Below, in pieces: positions 53,463 to 64,000 of a stretch of DNA of 64,000 nucleotides. The position numbers were made by a program, and so were the translations under genes. Under the pieces are notes generated by a model. The model worked only from the letters and a program-made list of their open reading frames with translations. It searched no databases and was not told where the DNA came from. The DNA is from an uncultured Acidobacteriota bacterium (GTDB taxonomy: Bacteria > Acidobacteriota > UBA6911): positions 288,001 to 352,000 of the forward strand of contig CAWJKZ010000024.1 of assembly GCA_963843575.1 (NCBI GenBank). The letters are read 5' to 3'. Numbering within the stretch: the stretch's first letter is position 1; each line of letters opens with the position of its first letter.

Positions 53463-54506
53463 ATGGTGAACTCCGGGCGCAGCACGGGCGACCGCACCCT
53501 TCGCAGGGTGCTGTCGGACGCCGTGCGCGCCGCCCGGTCCCCCGCGCCACCTCCCGCCCGGTATTACGTCAAACTCGCCCGCACCGCGATGGCCTGTCAG
53601 TTCGAGGTCTTCCTCCGTCCCCAGGACCGCCGATTCGTCCCGGCCGTCGCGCAGTCGTTCGACGAGGTGGAAAGGCTCGAGCGGCAGATGAGCGTCTACC
53701 GCGAGGACAGCGAGGTGAGCCGGATTAACCGGACCGCGGCGTCCGCGCCGGTGGAGGTCGAAGCGCGGCTGTACGGGCTGCTGCGGCTGGCGCGCGAGAT
53801 CGGGGCGGAGACCGGCGGGGCCTTCGACATCACCGCCGGGGCGCTGATCCGGGCGTGGGGCTTCCTGCAGCGGCAGGGCTCCGTCCCGGATGCCGCCCGG
53901 CTTGCGGCCGCGCGCGCCTGCTCGGGCTGGGAACACCTGGCGCTGGCCGACGCGGCGCGCACGGTGACGTTTCGCCGCGCCGGCGTCGAGCTGAATTTCG
54001 GAGCCATTGGGAAGGGTTTCGCGCTGGACTGCCTCGCCACCCGGTTGCAGGCCGTCGGGCTGAGGAACTTCATGGCGCACGCGGGGCACAGCAGCATCGT
54101 CGCCCGCGGCGATTCCGCGGTCCCGCCGGGGTGGCAGGTCAGCATCCGGTCCCCGGGAGGCGCGGGCAGCGTCGGATCGCTCCGCCTCGTCGACCGGGCC
54201 CTTTCGACGTCTTCGGCAGGCACCCGGTATTTCGTGTCCGAGGGGCGGCGCTACGGCCACGTTCTGGATCCGCGGACCGGTCGCCCCGCGGAGCGCAACG
54301 CGCTCTGTTCGGTCGTGGCGGAGCGGGCTGCCGTGGCTGAGGCGTACTCGACGGCCTTCTTCGTGCTTGAGGAGGAGGAAGTCCGCAGTTATTACGAGGC
54401 CCGCCCGGAGCTTGGTATTATACTGATGACTCTTCAGAAGAACGGGAGTCCCGGTGCACCGGTCACGCTTGGCGTCGACCTGGCGTGCACGGAGGAGGCA
54501 CTGTGA
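53463..54506 (+). CDS. apbE: FAD:protein FMN transferase (ApbE family)
   Basis: S.Y..DSEVSRIN, T.GAFDIT, FGAIGKGF, STS, GHVLDPRTG. Confidence 0.88.
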   Translation: MVNSGRSTGDRTLRRVLSDAVRAARSPAPPPARYYVKLARTAMACQFEVFLRPQDRRFVPAVAQSFDEVERLERQMSVYREDSEVSRINRTAASAPVEVEARLYGLLRLAREIGAETGGAFDITAGALIRAWGFLQRQGSVPDAARLAAARACSGWEHLALADAARTVTFRRAGVELNFGAIGKGFALDCLATRLQAVGLRNFMAHAGHSSIVARGDSAVPPGWQVSIRSPGGAGSVGSLRLVDRALSTSSAGTRYFVSEGRRYGHVLDPRTGRPAERNALCSVVAERAAVAEAYSTAFFVLEEEEVRSYYEARPELGIILMTLQKNGSPGAPVTLGVDLACTEEAL

Positions 54507-55027
54507 ATCGGCCCGACGCGCTCACCGCATGGCAGCAGTTTGTGCTTGTGCTCTTCCGCTTCAGCATAGGTTGGCACGTTTTCTACCAGGGCTTGGGCAA
54601 GCTCCAGGCTGCGCACTGGTCGTCCGAATCCTACCTGCGCACCGCGACCGGGCCTCTCGGCTGGGTTTTTCAGTGGATGGCGGGGCAGACGGCCTGGTTG
54701 AAGCTTGCCGACCAAGGGACCATGTGGGGGCTGCTCATCCTCGGCCTTCTCCTGATGATCGGTCTGTTCACGCGCACCGCCAGCCTTCTTGCCATGGGGC
54801 TGCTGCTGCTGTTTTACGTCGCGCAGCCGCCGCTCCCCTACCACGGGTTCGCCATGCGCACGCCGGACGGCACCGAACTGTACGTCAACAAGATACTGAT
54901 CGAGATCATGGCGCTGCTGGTCACGCTCGCGTTCGACACCGGGCTTATCTCGGGGCTGGACATGATCGTGGGCCCGTGGTGGAGGCGCGCGCGACGGCAA
55001 CCCGGGAGCACGACGGCGCAGGCCTGA
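54503..55027 (+). CDS. DoxX/DoxD-family membrane protein
   Basis: R..IGW...YQG..K, GLLLMIGLFTR.A, VNK.LIE, GLD; ~4 TM segments. Confidence 0.8.
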   Translation: MNRPDALTAWQQFVLVLFRFSIGWHVFYQGLGKLQAAHWSSESYLRTATGPLGWVFQWMAGQTAWLKLADQGTMWGLLILGLLLMIGLFTRTASLLAMGLLLLFYVAQPPLPYHGFAMRTPDGTELYVNKILIEIMALLVTLAFDTGLISGLDMIVGPWWRRARRQPGSTTAQA

Positions 55028-55070
55028 TCCCGCGCGGGACGTCGCCGCGCAGCGAAGGAGAACATCGGAG

Positions 55071-56342
55071 ATGACCGAACAGGAACGACAGGTTGGTCGG
55101 AGGAACTTCATCAAGGCCGCGGCGACTCTCCCGGCGGCGGGCGCCCTGATCTGGAAGGCGGTGTCTCTGAACCCGATCCGCGCCGGCATCATCGGGCCCG
55201 GGGGGCAGGGGCGCGTCCTGATGGAAAACGCCAACCCGAACTTCATCAAGTTCTCGGGCGTGTGCGACATCTACCCCCCGAACCTGCAGAAGGGGCTCGA
55301 CATCGCGCACAAGCTCTTCGACCCGGACGCCCAGGGGTGCTCCGATTACCGTCGCCTGCTCGAACGCAAGGACATCGAGGCGGTCGTGATCGCGGTGCCG
55401 TTGTGGGCGCACGCGCAGGTGGTGCTCGACGCCCTGCAGGCCGGCAAGCACGTCTTTGTAGAGAAGACGATGGCCTTCACCGTGGACGACTGCAAGAAGA
55501 TGGTCCAGGCGGCGCGGTCGGCCCGCCGCAACCTCCAGGTGGGGCACCAGCGCGCCTACAGCCCGCTGTACCACGAGGCGTACGAGATGATCAGGACGGG
55601 TGTCATCGGCGACATTTTTCACGTGCGCGCCGTCTGGCACAGGAACGGTTCCTGGAAGAAGACGCTCCCGACCGACAACTTCGACCCGCGGCCGTGGGGC
55701 TACGCCGACATGGAGCAGCTCGTCAACTGGCGCGTGTATTCGAAGTACTCGCACGGCCTGATGTCGGAGCTGTGCAGCCACCAGATCCACGCGATCAACT
55801 GGTTCATGGGCCGCACCCCTCACAGCGTTGTGGCGACGGGGGGCATACAGCGCTACAAGGACGGCCGGGAGGTCAACGACCACATCTACGCGATTTTCGA
55901 GTACCCCAACGACCTGACCGTCACCTACTCTTCGATCCAGTCCAACGCCTTCGATCACTATTACGAGGAGTTCATGGGGACGAAGGGGACCGTCGTCCTG
56001 AGCGGCGAGACGGAGGCGATGCTCTTCCTGGAGGGGCAGAAGGGGAAGATGACGGAGATCACTACCAAGCCGGACGTGGGCGGGGCGGTGATGGAGGCTT
56101 CGGAGAGCCGGGCGCGGGACGCCTCAGGTTCCTCAGTGGCGGGCTCCTCGGCGAGCGGCGTGACCGTTTTTACCGCCTACAAGATGGAGCTCGAGGGCTT
56201 CTGCCGGACGATCCGCAACGGCGACGCGAACCTGTGCGACGGGTCCGTCGGGCTGCAGGCGGCGGCGGCGATCCTGAAGGCGGACGAGGCGGTGGCCTCT
56301 GGGACGAAACTCCCTCTGGGCAAGGAGTTGTACACGGTTTAG
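55071..56342 (+). CDS. Tat-exported Gfo/Idh/MocA-family oxidoreductase
   Basis: GRRNFIK Tat motif, IGPGGQG, GKHVFVEK, QVGHQR, NWR.Y..YS.GLM.EL..H. Confidence 0.9.
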   Translation: MTEQERQVGRRNFIKAAATLPAAGALIWKAVSLNPIRAGIIGPGGQGRVLMENANPNFIKFSGVCDIYPPNLQKGLDIAHKLFDPDAQGCSDYRRLLERKDIEAVVIAVPLWAHAQVVLDALQAGKHVFVEKTMAFTVDDCKKMVQAARSARRNLQVGHQRAYSPLYHEAYEMIRTGVIGDIFHVRAVWHRNGSWKKTLPTDNFDPRPWGYADMEQLVNWRVYSKYSHGLMSELCSHQIHAINWFMGRTPHSVVATGGIQRYKDGREVNDHIYAIFEYPNDLTVTYSSIQSNAFDHYYEEFMGTKGTVVLSGETEAMLFLEGQKGKMTEITTKPDVGGAVMEASESRARDASGSSVAGSSASGVTVFTAYKMELEGFCRTIRNGDANLCDGSVGLQAAAAILKADEAVASGTKLPLGKELYTV

Positions 56343-56429
56343 GCGGGCGCAGCCCGCGGTCCGCAGGCTGCGTCCGGGGTGCCTGGACGCGGGGTTTGGT
56401 GGAATTTCGGTTTTCGGGTGTTTTTTCTC

Positions 56430-56528
56430 TTCCCATCCCGGATATCCCGGGGTATTATGTGCCCCCTTCGATGAGATGAGGCTGGTGTTTAAAAGCCGCT
56501 TGACATGAGGGCTTTTGGTCTCTATTAT
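56430..56528 (+). promoter_or_regulatory. Tandem rRNA promoters (P1/P2)
   Basis: TTCCCA-N17-TATTAT (56430-56458) and TTGACA-N17-TATTAT (56500-56528). Confidence 0.75.
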
Positions 56529-56542
56529 TAAAGGATTGCCTA

Positions 56543-56559
56543 GATCTTTGAAAACTAGA
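56543..56559 (+). promoter_or_regulatory. boxA-like / 16S processing-stem leader element
   Basis: GATCTTTGAAAACTAGA, complementary to ITS TCTAGTTTCCAGAGAT. Confidence 0.65.
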
Positions 56560-56646
56560 TAGTGCGTGTCCAAAGCCAAGCACTTTGAGAAAGAATCAGG
56601 GAAAAGAGTCTGGCGTTTAGAGATAGGCGTCAGGCGCTCTTCGAGT

Positions 56647-58183
<1,537 letters not shown>

Positions 58184-58350
58184 AGGGAAGGGCGACCGGA
58201 GCCCGAGAGGGCACGGGAGCTCCAGGTGCCTTGAACACGCCTATCTAGTTTCCAGAGATTTAGGTCCGCAGGCCGGGATGGCTGGCCCGCAAGTGTGAAA
58301 ACAGATCTTTACACGCGATGGTGATGTGCGGGTTCGGCTGGGGGGAATGA

Positions 58351-58427
58351 GGGCCTATAGCTCAGTTGGCTAGAGCGCACCCCTGATAAGGGTGAGGTCG
58401 GTAGTTCGACTCTACCTAGGCCCACCA
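58351..58427 (+). tRNA. tRNA-Ile(GAT)
   Basis: Cloverleaf, acceptor GGGCCTA/TAGGCCC, anticodon GAT, CCA end. Confidence 0.97.
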
Positions 58428-58487
58428 CGGCGTCTTGGGTTGAAATCTTGGGCTGAACCGCCCATCATGGAGTGGATCCGGATCGTC

Positions 58488-58563
58488 GGGGGTATAGCTC
58501 AGCTGGAAGAGCACCTGCTTTGCAAGCAGGGGGTCAGCGGTTCGAACCCGCTTACCTCCACCA
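58488..58563 (+). tRNA. tRNA-Ala(TGC)
   Basis: Cloverleaf, G3:U70 pair, anticodon TGC, CCA end. Confidence 0.97.
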
Positions 58564-58773
58564 AGGTTGTGCCCATAATCAAGGGTTCGTGAGGCGAGTC
58601 CTTGATTACCGGTATAACCGGGAAACGGTTTGTTGTCGGCGCGGCGGCCTCTGGCCCCGGGTCGGCGCGGCCGCGGCTGGTCTTTGACAATCAGGCAAAG
58701 AAGACGACGGGTAAAGAGAGAAGTGGACTATGGGATTTACCTGCCTGGAGGTTTCGGGCGGAGTAAATTTTAT

Positions 58774-61797
<3,024 letters not shown>

Positions 61798-61883
61798 TAA
61801 AATTTACCCTGCTTGAAACCCCTGGGGGCGCGCGTTGCCCCGCAGGACTTCTTGCCTGATTGAGATTGAGCGGTATATCGGGT

Positions 61884-62001
<118 letters not shown>

Positions 62002-62012
62002 TTAAACATCGA

Positions 62013-62038
62013 CGCCCCCGGGCACGCGCCCGGGGGCG
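62013..62038 (+). terminator. Hairpin after 5S (possible weak terminator)
   Basis: 11-bp GC stem CGCCCCCGGGC; no adjacent U-tract. Confidence 0.45.
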
Positions 62039-62300
62039 CTCCTCAATCCCGCGCAACGTTCTTTTTCAAGAAGTACCGCGACGGCGGTCTTCGTCAAACG
62101 GAGTTGCCTCTTCCAGGGGCGATCTCAGAAGGACGGAAAGCGCCTTGCGTGCGTCTCAAACAAGGGATCTTTCGACAAGATCCGCCTGATCTTTGAAAAC
62201 TAGATAGTGCGTGTCCAAAGCCAAGCACTTTGAGAACAGAATCAGGGAATCAAGAGCCAGTAGAATCTTAGAGACCAACGTTCAGGCGCTCTTCACGAGT

Positions 62301-63837
<1,537 letters not shown>

Positions 63838-64000
63838 AGGGAAGGGCGACCGGAGCCCGAGAGGGCACGGGAGCTCCAGGTGCCTTGAACACGCCTATCT
63901 AGTTTCCAGAGATTCCAGACGGATCTCTGATTTGTAAAATTGAGGTCTACGGCCTCGTCACGGCGAGACCGGCCCGCAGCACGGGCCGCCGCCGGGACCG

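Overview
High-GC bacterial chromosome segment, most likely Acidobacteriota (both 16S copies carry GATCCTGGCTCAGAATC). Many genes in 1-27 kb and near 40-41 kb, including essential ones, have single-base frameshifts, which points to long-read indel errors rather than pseudogenes. In order, the window holds: a racemase and a HAD phosphatase; a minus-strand operon of an outer-membrane beta-barrel plus two large secreted repeat-domain proteins; a sensor kinase, a sigma54 response regulator, a perfect sigma54 promoter and an ECF sigma factor; a long envelope operon (mnmA, lpxB, catalytically dead M1-peptidase/TPR protein, ICMT-like methyltransferase, lpxD, DUF990 ABC transporter, metalloprotease, Zn-finger protein, heptose kinase); a TonB-dependent receptor; rimO-yacG-pgpA-cinA-thpR-plsY-trm112-GT9; an SSS transporter; a deaminase; MoxR-DUF58-transglutaminase; ruvAB; rex; lsrF, an lsrE-like epimerase and an aldolase/SDR; purFMN-tyrS; apbE-doxX-Tat oxidoreductase; a full rRNA operon followed directly by a second, diverged 16S gene. 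Intergenic spaces carry three REP-like palindrome families and heptamer repeats, including a TIR/TSD-bounded mini-element inserted into a REP loop. No CRISPR array, transposase or prophage is evident. All family calls come from motif recognition by eye, not database searches.
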